Shown here: positions 33,421-45,974 of the stretch, one piece after another
Layout of the letters: every line of letters begins with the position of its first letter
Position numbering within the stretch: the first letter of the stretch is position 1
DNA from: Salisapilia sapeloensis CBS 127946
Lineage: Eukaryota > Protista > Oomycota
Length of the DNA: 64,000 nucleotides
Assembly: GCA_023334545.1 (NCBI GenBank)
Contig: JAADVB010000001.1
Coordinates: 139,194-203,193 of the forward strand
Reading direction: 5' to 3'
Position numbers and translations under genes: made by a program
The notes under the pieces: generated by a model
What the model was told of the DNA's origin: nothing
Seen by the model: only the letters and a program-made list of their open reading frames with translations
Databases searched by the model: none

Positions 33421-35466
33421 TCAAAATCGATGACTTGGTTGCGGTGTCCGTAATCTCGACGGAGTGGCACGAGAACCTCCGTCACCACTAACAGCAGATC
33501 GGTAGCTACGAAAGTTTGCCGGTGCTGAACGCGGTGGAGTGGATGGGATCTTACTCTCCTTGTTCTCTTGGTCGACACTAACCCATCGGCCATTGCGTTT
33601 CGTCATGTAGTTTGGTTGCGTCGATCGGTTCTGACTCAGTCTCGACATGGATCGGGGTGGTTCATTTCGAGCGACCGAGTGTTGCTTGAAAGGAGTTCGA
33701 GATGTCGTCGGTGTCTTTGGAAGTTTAGAAGGATGAGCTGGTGGTTGTGAAGCGCTTGCACTACGTTTTGGGAATCGAGGCACGCCACTGATCGGTGATC
33801 TCGGCAGCTCGGCATTCCGGCTTGCACGATGTGGTGTTGCCACCTTGGGCTCCTCCACTTCCATGTTCACATCTTCATCCAAGTTCTCGTCATGCACTTT
33901 ACTATCAGACATTCGTAACAGTACATCCGCTTGTTGCACACGATGCTGCAGCGCAGCATTCTCCGTCGATAATGCACCTACCTGTTCCTCTAACTTTCGT
34001 TTCTCCTCTTTTAACTTTTCAATCACTTCCTGTAACTCATCCGTGACATTGCTCTCGGTGTCTGTATGATTCCAACTACCCACCGTCTCATGCACAGTAC
34101 TCGATCGTCTCGACTCGAGCTCCTTTGTCTGTGTAAGACTAGTGGATGCAGGACGAACCATCTCGACATCCGATCGACTGCAAAGCGACAGTCGTTCTAA
34201 CTCGGCTCTCGTATCAGCCAATGCCTCTCTCAACTTTCCATTCTCACTTTCCAATTGCTCAATACGCTGGTTACTCGTCATTTCACTCGTCATGACATTT
34301 GCTTTCGGACGAATCTTAATGTCCTTCGCCCTGTTCGCGTACTTAAGTGTATTATGCGATTCGTCGTAACAAGCATTCGACGGATTGACATTCGCGATCA
34401 TTACCAATCGGACATTACCTTCCAATGAGTTTTTTAGCAAGTGCGTTAGCTTACTGTCTCGATACTGCACCTTGGAAGTAAATGACTTCAGGACACGACC
34501 TTTGCGTTTGTCTGCTTGCTTTCTCGTCTGTTCACTCAAGCTATTGATGCAGTTCGCAAGTGCTAGCAACGACTTATTGATATTGGCACCTTCCATCAAC
34601 CGCATACCACGATTTTGTGTCGAGGAAGCCCTTTCAGACCCAGCTAAATCGATTAATGACAACTTTCCTTCCCTCACAGACTTCTTCGGAGCTCGTGTCG
34701 ACATCAAGGTTGTCGTCGTGTGCTGGACAATGACCTGAATGACGGCGTGGGAGCGAGAAGATACTTGGTTCGCAGCTGTTGGCTCCGTCTTGCGGTTCCG
34801 ATTACCACTCGCAAGTAACTGAAGCACCTGTCCTGGCGTCGACACGAGTTCGTGGTGCAGTCCAGCGACTTGAATCACGCCTCGCATCTGATCCTCGCGG
34901 ATCGACAGCGTTTTCTTCGATGGTTTCAATAAATCCCGAATCTGTTCATTGTACACTTCCAAATACGAAATGTACACTTTCCATCCAAATGTCGTTCCTT
35001 CCGTTAATGTCGTCTCGGCTTCCTCTTCCTTCCTCTGTCGCACGATACGAAAGATGTCTGCTAATGCTCGTGGAATGATTCCGTCCACTTGAATGTCATC
35101 ATCCAACTCGTCAAAGTCAGCCGATCCATCTCGCTCAGCGCCCATCATCGTATGCGTCTTGCCTGCACCAGTCGCGCCATACGCAAAGACAGTCGCTTGA
35201 TATCCGTCCAAAATCGTCGGAACAATCTCTTTCACCGTTTGAGAGTACACTTCTTCCTGTGTCGCATCCTCATTGAAAGCAATGTCGTACGCATACTCGT
35301 TCGATGCCGCTTGCTGGCTCTTTAAATGCTGATTCGGAGTCCGAAAGCGCTGAATCACGACACTTTCGTTCCCAATCACTTGACAGCATGATCGCTGGCC
35401 TTTTCCCACCTCTTTTTCATTCATCGGCCGCAATCGCACAGCCACTTGCATCGAAGCTGTATCCAT
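33421..35466 (-). CDS. Kinesin-8 family motor (KIF18/KIF19/Kip3-like), paralogue A, intronless, long basic tail
   Basis: VAVRLRP, FAYGATGAGKTHTM, SYLEVYNEQIRDLL, NQVSSRSH, LSLIDLAGSERAS, EGANINKSLLALANCINSL, YRDSKLTHLLK, HNTLKYANRAKDIK. Confidence 0.93.
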   Translation of the reverse strand: MDTASMQVAVRLRPMNEKEVGKGQRSCCQVIGNESVVIQRFRTPNQHLKSQQAASNEYAYDIAFNEDATQEEVYSQTVKEIVPTILDGYQATVFAYGATGAGKTHTMMGAERDGSADFDELDDDIQVDGIIPRALADIFRIVRQRKEEEAETTLTEGTTFGWKVYISYLEVYNEQIRDLLKPSKKTLSIREDQMRGVIQVAGLHHELVSTPGQVLQLLASGNRNRKTEPTAANQVSSRSHAVIQVIVQHTTTTLMSTRAPKKSVREGKLSLIDLAGSERASSTQNRGMRLMEGANINKSLLALANCINSLSEQTRKQADKRKGRVLKSFTSKVQYRDSKLTHLLKNSLEGNVRLVMIANVNPSNACYDESHNTLKYANRAKDIKIRPKANVMTSEMTSNQRIEQLESENGKLREALADTRAELERLSLCSRSDVEMVRPASTSLTQTKELESRRSSTVHETVGSWNHTDTESNVTDELQEVIEKLKEEKRKLEEQVGALSTENAALQHRVQQADVLLRMSDSKVHDENLDEDVNMEVEEPKVATPHRASRNAELPRSPISGVPRFPKRSASASQPPAHPSKLPKTPTTSRTPFKQHSVARNEPPRSMSRLSQNRSTQPNYMTKRNGRWVSVDQENKESKIPSTPPRSAPANFRSYRSAVSGDGGSRATPSRLRTPQPSHRF

Positions 35467-35799
35467 GACAGTATCAATTCCACTGGTCTCCGTGTCGCTT
35501 CGTTTCCACCGTCACTTTTCGTATGTCTCGTCGTACATCGTCATCGTCACTGATTTTGTACCAATCTTGGTCGAGTGCTCTGGACATCCAGCAGCCTTTC
35601 TACACTTGGAAATTGTATACCATAAAGCTTCAGTGCAAGGTGGGATCAGTCCAAGTTACCACAGCCTGCGGAAAATGATCATGGTAGCATACCACGCTAT
35701 TTCAGGAAAATAGGAGTGTAGGTAGGATCGTTTCAATAATTAACCGGTAGGTTGAATATTACAATTGATAAAACGTGCATTGGAAAACCGTATCGGAGG

Positions 35800-37680
35800 A
35801 TGGATCCGCAGACTGCTGTAGCTGGAGAGAATTACCTCAATTCACTCAACTTCCGCTCCTTGATCGAATGGATGACGGCGGAAGCACTCTTATCTCGGCC
35901 AGAGGATCCAATCGTATTCCTTCATTCTCTTCTCGACGAAAAACTCGCTGAGGTTGCATATTAAACTCATACCTCTACTACCTTTCATTCAAATCTAAGT
36001 CGCGAACCTACATGAACAGCGCCCCGCCAACACCGAGTATAATGCTGAGCAGGCAACGACACTACTAAAGCAGTGCTATGCTGCTGCAAGGTTTGTCACC
36101 ATTCCTCCTTTTACTTCTGCAATACCATGAATGCCTGGAACTCAATCGTGTGTCAAAAACAGCTCAAGCGCAGACGAAAATGGTCGGATCACTGTCAAGC
36201 CTCGCAAATTTGCGTATGCTTTCACTTTCAGATTATATCCTTGTATTGGTGAAATAATGAAAAATATTATCTGAACGTTGCTCGTTGTAGACCCAAGGGT
36301 AGTAAAAAGCAAGGAGGAAACCCGCCTTCCTCCGATTCTGCACTTGTAAAGAGACTTACAGTGCTCGAGAAAGCTATTTATGCGTGTCGAATAATCGCCA
36401 TGCAACTCCAGCCAGATGAAAGTAAGCTCTTATGGTTACTGATATCACAAATTCAACACAGCTATTCCAAAGGATATTCACCACTGTAATACGCTTATAG
36501 TTACACCGATTATCATCAAGCAAGCGTGTGTCGTTTTAAATGCTGAACGCGCCACTCTATTTATACACGTACGTCTACATCTCGAATGAGAGTTATGTAG
36601 TCTTCTCCTGTTCTGACCGAGTAATTACCACCATTTTCTGTATATTAGGATCCAAATAGCGACATGCTCGTACTGTCGGTATCCGAAGGTGCTACTGATA
36701 TCCGCGTTCCCATCGGCAAGGTAAATAAATATTAGTCTTTATCTCAAACGTGGGAACTCATAGTGCGTCAGGGTGTTGCCGGAACAGTAGCAGCTACCGG
36801 CAGACCAGTCAATATCGTAGACGCGTACGCGAATCCCGATTTTGACTCACATTATGACCAACAAACCGGGTACAAGACGAAATCCATTCTCTGCGTCCCA
36901 ATACGAAATGGCCAGAACAAGATTGTCGGTGTCATGCAAGTGTTGAACAAACTTGGAGTCGATCAAGAAGCAGGGTTCACAGAGCTGGATGAGGAAATTA
37001 CGGGTATCTTGAGCGCACAGGCAGGGGTAGCTATTCATAACGCCAAGACTCACTACTTGGCACTTCAAGCGAGAGAACGAGTAAAAGAGGTGTTGGGTAT
37101 TGTTCGTGACATGCACGGGGACCTCGGGTTTAGCTCTCTTATGTTTACCATATCTACGCGTGTCCAGCGCCTCATCAACTCTGATCGGTGCACACTTTAC
37201 ATCATTGATCGGGCCGAAAATGAGCTATGGACATTGCAAGGTGAAGTAAATATTCGCGTGCCAATGAATCAAGGTATTGCGGGGGCGGCTGCGGTGTCGA
37301 ATGAAGCAATTAATCTCGCAGATGCTTATGAAGACCCAAGGTTCAATAAGGAATTTGATCAAAAAAACGACTACCACACCCGTAGTGTTTTGGCCATGCC
37401 GCTACGGAATAGTTCAGGGACAGCAATAGCTGTTATGCAACTCATCAATAAGCGCGGCGATGGCCCTAGTGCCTTCTCAGATGAAGATGAGGAACTGTTA
37501 GGCACATTCTTACATATTGCTGGACCAATCCTCGCAACATCCCATAATCATCCGAACTTTGCTTCAGGGGCCACTTCAAAGAGTGTCAAGGGGGCACAGT
37601 TTGCAAACGGGGTTGCACGACCTCCGCAAGAAGTCAAGGAAATGAAAATTATTTGTGAAGATGAGGAGGATGAAGGATAG
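35800..37680 (+). CDS. Dpy-30/RIIa-like docking domain plus tandem GAF domains, no catalytic domain (7 exons)
   Basis: Exon 1 YLNSLNFRSLIEWMTAEALLSRPEDPIVFL; hand-spliced frame continues through AERATLFI..IRVPIGKGVAG..VNIVDAY..F...DQQTGYKTKSILCVPI and a second GAF (DRCTLYI..GIAG..DAYEDPRFN..DQKNDYHTRSVLAMP..QLINK); stops at 37680. Confidence 0.85.
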
Positions 37681-38161
37681 AACATGAACTAATGAAATCA
37701 CCAGACAGCAAGTCAAACATTTATGAGCACTATATGATTATTTGTCTTGGTTACTTTCGTTCCTGAGTGTCGATAAAGATCTGAACAAGCAACCTATAAC
37801 TCTCTTCATTTCAGGAACATTTCTACGAATAGCTAGACTCGTCCGCCTCCATTCAAGACTCCATTCAACGATCAATTCCGATCCACCATGGTCAATAGCC
37901 AAAGGTAAAGACCCACTGAAAAGTAGCTAGGAGCATAAGAAAGGAAATATATTTTCCTTTCATACTCGCTCTGTTAATGCATGGCCCTTAGTTCCGAGCA
38001 AGCCTTTAAAGTATTTTAATTGTAAATTCAGTAGCAGTTGATGCCAACGTTGTCCAAAACACTTCATGATAATTTCTAATAAACTCATGTGGTAATCTAG
38101 GTGCTAATAATAGAACTTCGATGATAGCTTTCAATGCGATTCACTGTGGTCACATGTACAA

Positions 38162-40498
38162 ATGAAACAGCATCCTCGCCAAACAAGCCATAAGTCGCCA
38201 TTTGACCAAAATGAGCTGCGAAGAGCCATTCAAGTACTCGATTCAGTCTCAACATCGACGCTGTCCAAAAATCAGACAACGTTGAAAGCATTGTGCACAG
38301 TGATGAGGCTCGTTATTAGTCTTTCTTTTCAAAGAGATGATCGCGCGCTGATCGAAACAGTCATTCAGGCACGAGTTTTAGGGAAACTACGACGATTTAT
38401 TTCGTACTTGCAAAATCGCGAGAATCACGAAAACTCTTGCTGCTCGAATAAATGTCATCTTCGATTACAGACGATTGCGGTGGTTTGGATTATATTTTAC
38501 CTATGTCGAGATCCATGCATGGCGGTCCACTTGGTTCGAGAAGAGTTCCATGTTTTCCTTGCGTCTGTATGCAGCGCAAGGCACGAAAGCACTCATTTAG
38601 TTGATGCTAAAGACTACGATCAATTATATTGTCGTACAAGTAATCTAAATGTCTGGGAGCCGAAGGATTTACTGACGACATTTGATCCATTTGACTGGTG
38701 TCACCGTATGGTTGGGAGCAGCGTGCTCAAGGACAGGGAGTTCGTACGGTTTTCTATCCCTACAAGTGCAAGGTCACTCATCTATATATTATCAAGCAAC
38801 CATCTTCCTTTGGATGAAGTTGAAGAATTTGAAATCGGAACTAGATGTCAGGTGCCACCATACACTTCTCCTTCTCAATGCCAGTCACCTGGGCGGCGAA
38901 CTCTGCCATCCATTTTTAATTTTGTATCAAAGGCAAAACATGATGCAAGCAATGCTACCAAAGGAGCCTTGTGTGTGGAGCATCGGTCAGATTCGATCTT
39001 TCGCTACTTGCTGAAGAAAGATGATGCTCCGTGTCACGAGATGGCTCTCCGTGCTCTTGTCTTACTACTCTATCACTTAAACCCATCTTCTGTCGAGCGA
39101 AAGCGATTTCTACTACATGGTGCCCCAATATCGTCTCTCCTGCGAATAAAGCACGGCACAGGAGAAACGCAAGAAGTTTCCACGCCTTCATTAGACACGA
39201 AAGACACTGTAAGAGATTCATGTACAGAGTCTATGATACTCTTTCACCTTGTATCTTCTGGCTTGGCCATTGTATCGCAGTCTGAGTGGTTTGAGATATC
39301 ATCCATGTTCCCACAGGACGAACGAATACAATCTTACGCAAAGATGGTGCTAAAGCACAACAAACTAGATCAGCAATCACGCAAAGCTTGTGATCAAAGA
39401 TGTACAACGCTAGAACGCAAATTGTTTGCTGCAGAGAAATGTGGCAAAACACTTACTCGAAAGCTTCAAAAGGAGATATTAGGTCGTAATGATGAAATGG
39501 AGAGATCTCAGTGTCGCTATAGAGTACAAATGCTTTATCAACAGGCAGAAAACCTACGATCTCACTTTGCTCAAGGACTTGGTGTACTATGCAATGGCCG
39601 TGAGCGACTTCAGAGAGAGCAGCTATTTCAAGACTGGATCCATTCATTACCCACGATTGAAAGTAAGCTTCAAGATGCAGAAGAACGTCGACAGGAAATG
39701 CAACGGCAGGCTTTGGAAGCTCAATACGGAATAGTTCAGGAACGACGTCGTGAACGAGAAGAATTGGTTTTAATGAGGGAGGAGGATGTCGATATGACTA
39801 CGCTTGTAGTGGCAGAAGCAGGTCAAAGAGCACGCCAAGAGCACTTCCAACTACTTCAGCATAAACTCCACATCTTAACACAGACCCAGAAAGTTTCAAG
39901 CACCGAATCCATTCACCCTAGGCGTAGTAGGAAAGATAGACAGAAAGAAGCAGATAGAGAAGCTTTAGAGCGAAAGCGCATGGTAAAAGAAGATGTGTTT
40001 TATGCTGAGAAGATCATTCGTGAACGATTGCAGGCCAAGAATCCGACGGAGTTAAAAGAAGAAGAATTGGAAGCACAGCGAAGATGTATGTTGGAAAGAA
40101 AGCAAGCGGAAGTAGAACGCCAGAAGCGGAATGAGGAGCTTTCGTTATTAGCTGTAGAGGACATTCTTTCGAGGCGAGTACGTCTACATGAAGAAGAGCT
40201 ACGTCGGAAAGAAATAGAGCTACAATGGAAGTGTCGAAAGGAAATGAGTAGAGAAGAAAGAGAGTTGAGGCAGCGGTGGGAAGCGCTAGATCGAGAGATG
40301 ATAGTACAGCAAGAATTGCAAGCCAAGCAAATACGTGCAGAGGAACGCCGGAAAGCAAGAGAAGAGAGGAGAGCCATAGCAGCCGCATGGTTCGAAGCAT
40401 GGGACGACTACGGCAATGTCTATTACTATAACACCATCACAGGCATTTCTCAGTGGGAATATCCTTCTGACTATCCTCTGTACAGTGCCTTTACTTAA
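38162..40498 (+). CDS. Hypothetical protein: helical N-terminus, long coiled coil, C-terminal WW domain; intronless
   Basis: C-terminal WFEAWDDYGNVYYYNTITGISQWEYP is a WW domain; E/R/K/Q-rich coiled coil over roughly the C-terminal half. Confidence 0.8.
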   Translation: MKQHPRQTSHKSPFDQNELRRAIQVLDSVSTSTLSKNQTTLKALCTVMRLVISLSFQRDDRALIETVIQARVLGKLRRFISYLQNRENHENSCCSNKCHLRLQTIAVVWIIFYLCRDPCMAVHLVREEFHVFLASVCSARHESTHLVDAKDYDQLYCRTSNLNVWEPKDLLTTFDPFDWCHRMVGSSVLKDREFVRFSIPTSARSLIYILSSNHLPLDEVEEFEIGTRCQVPPYTSPSQCQSPGRRTLPSIFNFVSKAKHDASNATKGALCVEHRSDSIFRYLLKKDDAPCHEMALRALVLLLYHLNPSSVERKRFLLHGAPISSLLRIKHGTGETQEVSTPSLDTKDTVRDSCTESMILFHLVSSGLAIVSQSEWFEISSMFPQDERIQSYAKMVLKHNKLDQQSRKACDQRCTTLERKLFAAEKCGKTLTRKLQKEILGRNDEMERSQCRYRVQMLYQQAENLRSHFAQGLGVLCNGRERLQREQLFQDWIHSLPTIESKLQDAEERRQEMQRQALEAQYGIVQERRREREELVLMREEDVDMTTLVVAEAGQRARQEHFQLLQHKLHILTQTQKVSSTESIHPRRSRKDRQKEADREALERKRMVKEDVFYAEKIIRERLQAKNPTELKEEELEAQRRCMLERKQAEVERQKRNEELSLLAVEDILSRRVRLHEEELRRKEIELQWKCRKEMSREERELRQRWEALDREMIVQQELQAKQIRAEERRKAREERRAIAAAWFEAWDDYGNVYYYNTITGISQWEYPSDYPLYSAFT

Positions 40499-42215
40499 GA
40501 TAAGCAGAGCTCGCGTGGCAATCCAAATTCGTCGGACCTAACGTGGCTATTTCCAGTTGTGCACGTGCATCCTCTAATGCTCTTCTTAAATCCATATTCT
40601 CTTTTTCAAGCTCTTCGATACGCTGATTGTACGTCATTTCGGCTGTAATTACATTCGCTTTCGGACGTACTTTGATATCCTTAGCTCGATTCGCGTACTT
40701 TAGCGTATTATGCGATTCTTCAAAGTAAGCGTTCGACGGATTCACATTCGCGATCATCACAAGCTTACAGTCCCCTTCCAGAGAGTTTTTCAATAAGTGA
40801 GTCAACTTGCTATCTCTGTACTGTACTTTTTGAGGCCGGACGGGTGAAGCCCTGGGCAGACTAAATCTGTCAGCAGCAACATCTCGAGCAGGCTGCTTCT
40901 TCGCTTGTTCACCTAAGCTGTTAATGCAATTCGCAAGTGCTAACAATGACTTGTTAATATTTGCGCCTTCCATTAGCCGAATGCCGTGGTTTTTTGTCGA
41001 TGACGCTCGTTCCGATCCTGCTAGATCGATCAACGATAACTTTCCTTCGATGATTGATCTCTTGGGCGCGCCGATCGTAGCACCTTTTGTTATTGTCAGT
41101 TGCGTAGTGATCTGAATGACCGCGTGGGATCGAGATGAAGCCTTATTCGCTGCAGTCGATTCTGTCTTTCGATACTGATTACCAAAGGCTAGACATTTTA
41201 ACGCCTCTCCAGGTGCGTTCACTTGCTCGTGGTGCAGACCTGCTACCTTAATAATGCCTCGCACCTGGTCCTCTCGAATGTGAAGAGGTCGAGCTCCAGG
41301 ACGGAGCAAGTCTCGTATTTGCTCATTGTAGACTTCTAGGTATGAAATAAATACTCTCCACTCAGATGTAGATCCGGAGTCTCCTTCAAGCTTAATTTGT
41401 TCCTTTCGTTGATTTACTTCCCGAAAGATATCGACAAGGGACCGTGGGATGATACCGTCCACCTCTTTTTCATCATCATCGTAGCGTCCTGTACCATCCC
41501 TCTCGGACCCCATCATCGTGTGCGTCTTCCCTGCCCCTGTAGCTCCATACCTGTTTATAAAGAACGTTATTCATTTATTCACACAGCAGTGAGTACAACT
41601 CAATTACGCAAATACAGTGGCCTGATAGCCTTCTAGAACTGTCGGAATAAGGTCCTTGACGGTCTTGGAATAAACTTGCTCCTGGGTCGCCTACGGATTT
41701 ATAACTTTCGTTAATATGCTTTCACTCGTATGGCACCCAGAGCAACGTACGCTTTCTGAAAATGCAATGTCGTAGGCATACTCTTTCACAACAGTCTTTT
41801 GACTTTTCAAATGCCCGTTCGGTTGTCCAGCCTTCTCAATAACCACCATCTACACGTTTTACAAGAAGTGTCAGCTCGTAGCTAAACTGTAGTAACGTCG
41901 TAGATACGTACTTTATCACTTAGTGCTCGGCAACATCGTCGATGTCCTTTCATTTTTTCTTTTGATGACAATGGACGCAGTCGGAGCGCTACCTATCAAC
42001 ATATCAATCTTTGAGCGTGTCATAATTGACAACTTGTATAAATAATGCTCTACAATCATGTTGGAAGCTTCTGCATCTTGTGTCGGTAGAGCGATAGGTG
42101 CTGGCGCAGGCGGAGACATTCCACCAAGTTCAGCATTCTGAGGACTTTCAATAGTGCCTTCTTCAGCTTCAGGGCCTTTCCTAGCTGATAGAAATGACCA
42201 CCTCGACGCTGTCAT
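40491..42215 (-). CDS. Kinesin-8 family motor, paralogue B, 4 introns, short tail
   Basis: Introns 41993-42053, 41850-41911, 41691-41750 and 41551-41607 splice to SNMIVALRLRP..EYAYDIAF..YQATVFAYGATGAGKTHTM; the rest of the motor parallels paralogue A. Confidence 0.9.
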
Positions 42216-43323
42216 CTCGCACTGCTTTTAATCTACAGCTAAAATCTATTTTTATCAGCATCGGTACGATTCCAAAGCCCATTTTCAATAGATTTCCTAT
42301 CTGAAGCGAAGGCAAGAACAACCAAACTAGCGGTACGGAGGGTAAAGTGAGTTTATTTCAAGCTTCTGCCATGTACAGTAACATCAAATCACTTAGGCCG
42401 TGTTCGTTGATCGGATACTCGGATATTATGGAAGGCGTTATGTGAACAGACACGCAAAAACTGCAATAGGAATCAATGCCTGAGTCTTTGGTGGTTTGTC
42501 TGACTCGTACATCGTCCGTTGCTTTTTCTTGCCTTGGCGGGAATCGTGTCGAGTGTATCATCGGAAATCATTCTGTTTGAAGTTGCATTCGATTTACTTG
42601 CAGCATTGAGCTCTTTGCCATTTCAGTGGGACATAGTACAGTGCACATCATAAATATCGCCTAACTATTTCGTCCAGCACTGTACTACGACTGTTCCGAA
42701 ATAATAGCGAAGAGCTAACTAGCGCAAGAAAAGCGAAGAGCTCACCAAGTCGAGCGACTGTTTCGCGCGCTTTTACAGATTTGCACGCTTCGAGCACCAG
42801 GCATGCCTTAAAGGCTTCCCGAAGATCGATTTCTCATGATTGCATCAAAGACGAACGAACACTCGCTTTTGTACTTCTAGCTAGGTAGGAAAGTCATATT
42901 GAGATGTTTTGTTAGATTTCCAGTGACAAGCAACACAACCCAATCGGCTATTCTCAACAAAAGCGCAATTGCCCGATTCGACTATCATGACTGGAATTAC
43001 AAAATAGAAATTCTCAATTTTGCCGAATCGATATTCTGTGCAAACACGACCTCAGTTACTGCAGTCCTTTAGTTCCAATACTCTTATAGAAACCATATAT
43101 ATAGACGAAATAGCTTCCACTACATCAACGTTTAATCCATCATTTGCATACTGGCTAGTGTAAAGTAAGTTGATCTACCACGCGTGCAGTTGTAGACTAT
43201 ACTGTGTCCTCGAAGCAATCGAAAACGAACCGAAAGAATTATCTGTAGTTTCATACTTCAATTTGTTCCTTTTTCTTTTTCTTAGACAACAAATCTAAAC
43301 TAAACGCCAACCAAGCGTCCAAT

Positions 43324-45865
43324 ATGCCCTCTTTGCAGGGAGCTGCAGCGGCATCAGCGGCCTCCACAGTCGATAGTCGCTCCAGTACTTCGAAAGGTGG
43401 CTTCGTTAGCTACGACAGCGATGATGATTTCACACGCGCACTCACATCGTACAACATATCATCCTCGGCGGATGCCATGCGTCATTATCTCTCCTACGAG
43501 CTCCAGTCGAGGTATTTCCGTACTATCATGTCATAATTCGACAAGTTCAGTCTAACCTGATGCATCTAGTCTATCTAGTACGGCAGGAAAGCTACCGTCA
43601 GCTCATCTGAAAGGCAAATTCTATGAACGTTTTAATCAGATTCTAGACCGCATTTTCGGTAATGACGAGATCTCCAAAGCTAAGCACGGTGGCTGGCTTG
43701 AGTACAGTGTCGGTGTAACGTCTTCATCTCGTCACAGAAATCGCAGCAGAAAGAGCAGCAATACCAAACACTTGGCCGATGACGCTGACATGGAATACTA
43801 TGTGGACATTCTCAACACATACGGCCGAGCGATGATACGTCTACTTGGCGCTCGTAAAGCAGACGAAGGGTCCATCTTTTACTTTTTATTCCGGACCACA
43901 CATGCAGTCGACTTTAAATTCGAAATGAGTGCACTGCCAGAACCGTCCAAGGCAGCTATTCTCGGACGATCCGCCTACGCACCTCTCCTCTTCACGCAAC
44001 TCCTGCACAAACCACTTAGCAAGCAAATGGTCGATGTGCGTAATCCAGTTCTTCTAGTGAATATCAAAGAGCTGTATCTGTTCTACTTCCTTCGCCATCC
44101 AGTCGTGGCTTCAGCACACTCGGGACGTGACCCACACTCGAGCTCGACTTCACAACCAGATCCTGCTGCTTCACTCATGCGCACGATCTCTGGGAACTTT
44201 AGTCGTTCGAAATCGAGTGAAATGAGGTACAGCTGGAGTAGCTACGTCGAGGATGGCGTCGTCTCGCTCACAAAAGGGAATCCGTACGCTGTCTTGCTAC
44301 TACAGTACCTACGTGTCTTCCTACCTGGATCAGGACCTCAAGTAGGCGTCGAGAGCCGGATGTTGTCGAAAATAAGGCAGCACTCTAACTTGTTCTTGCA
44401 TGCACTTGTAGAGTTCTGGTTGAGACAGAACCACATTGTGTATTCCGATGGACCTGCCGGGTCCGTTCCTCCCACGACCAGTACAGCTGATGCCATCGCA
44501 CTTGCCGCGACGTCATCCAAGCTCACGAGTCCTTTTGCTGCCGTGCACACTTCCACGAGCTACATGGCACCGACGGAAGATTTGCTTAGCTCTTTGGTCT
44601 TGACGCTCATCCACCTCCTCTCGGACTCTTTCTACCCTGTCCAAGTGGATAATGCCGTCCAACCCGTTGCTATGAACGGAGCGATGTTGTCACGTATGGC
44701 AACAGGCGGCGGCGGTGGGTTCCTAAGTCCGAACATCACCTTGATGCGCAAACCGTTGTTTGAATTCATTCGACTCGTCTTCTCTCGTGCTCCCATCGGT
44801 CTCTCCGCCACCTCTTTCCTCGCCATCACGGACGTCTGGCTCACATACCTCCAGCCATGGAATTGCAAATCATGGGCATTGGGCGAAAACCCTGATGATA
44901 CACCAGAGAATGTCGGGTACTCTCCGGAATGGGAGTCATACGTACTAGCAAACTACCACTTTTACACCGTACTCTTAGGTGCGTTTGTCGAACGAGCGAG
45001 AGAGTTGGATCTAACAGGCACGGATAAACGCAACAACCTGCCATTCCTTGGGCGCGTGCTTAACGTATTCAACAACGAACTGTTGGAGCTACTGCGTAAA
45101 GCATCCACGTATCTGTCATCAACGCTCCCGTATGCTTCACCTTATGGTCTATCAAACCACTCGGAACAAACAAGTGGACGAGGAGATACTCTGTTGCCAA
45201 CGCAAGCGCAGATACTCACATACTACTGCAAGTCCCTCGGAATGGACTACACGGCTGTGCCTCTACATGGCAGCTACCATCGTGATGCTGAGCGGCTCTT
45301 TGATAAATTATGGAACGATTCGGGTATTGCAAGCCTTGACGCCAAGAGCTCGTCATCGACACAGCCAGCGCCATTGGAGAATGTGCAGCGTATCAGTAAG
45401 CAGTTAAGGCGGATCTTTGAGATTCCGGATGCGTACGTGTCATCAGCGACACAAGTCCAGTCCTTTGGCGCGACAGCGAATGCACTCGAAGGCTTTGAAC
45501 CTGCTCGTGACAGCATGTTCCCTCACCTGCTCACGAAAGAAGGTTTGTTGCAGCTTCGTTACGGCATGCGTCAGTGCGATCCGAGCCATGCAGCCTACTT
45601 GGGCGATCCAATGCTACGACCCATTCGGTCGTACGAGATCCCGTGGCTCGTACGTTTTTGCTACCGCTTCTCACTCTGGCTCAACGACCAGTTCGAGCTA
45701 CCGAATCCATACCACGGAAAGAAGTTTGAAGACAACTTGCACGTCGATCCGGCCAAAGCCGAAGTCTCGTCCTTCCGATTCAACCTCCGATTCCTCGCGA
45801 GCAAACCCAACCTCCTGGCACTTACTTTACTCACGTGCATCCTGTACTTGCTCTTCTTTTGGTAA
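43324..45865 (+). CDS. SMPD4: Sphingomyelin phosphodiesterase 4 (SMPD4/NET13)-like, tail-anchored (1 intron)
   Basis: YLFYF..HP, ALVEFWLRQN, LRKPLFEFIRLVF, TDVWLTYLQPWN, WESYVLANYHFY, YLGDPMLRPIRSYEIPWLVR, RFNLRFLA, C-terminal TM helix. Confidence 0.75.
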
Positions 45866-45974
45866 CGTGACAAGATGAATGGACTACGTTTGCAAACAGT
45901 TATTGATTTTGTCCCTCTTACATGTCAAAACCACCCTCTTCCTTACGGATTCACGAGCCTTTCGCATCCATTCC

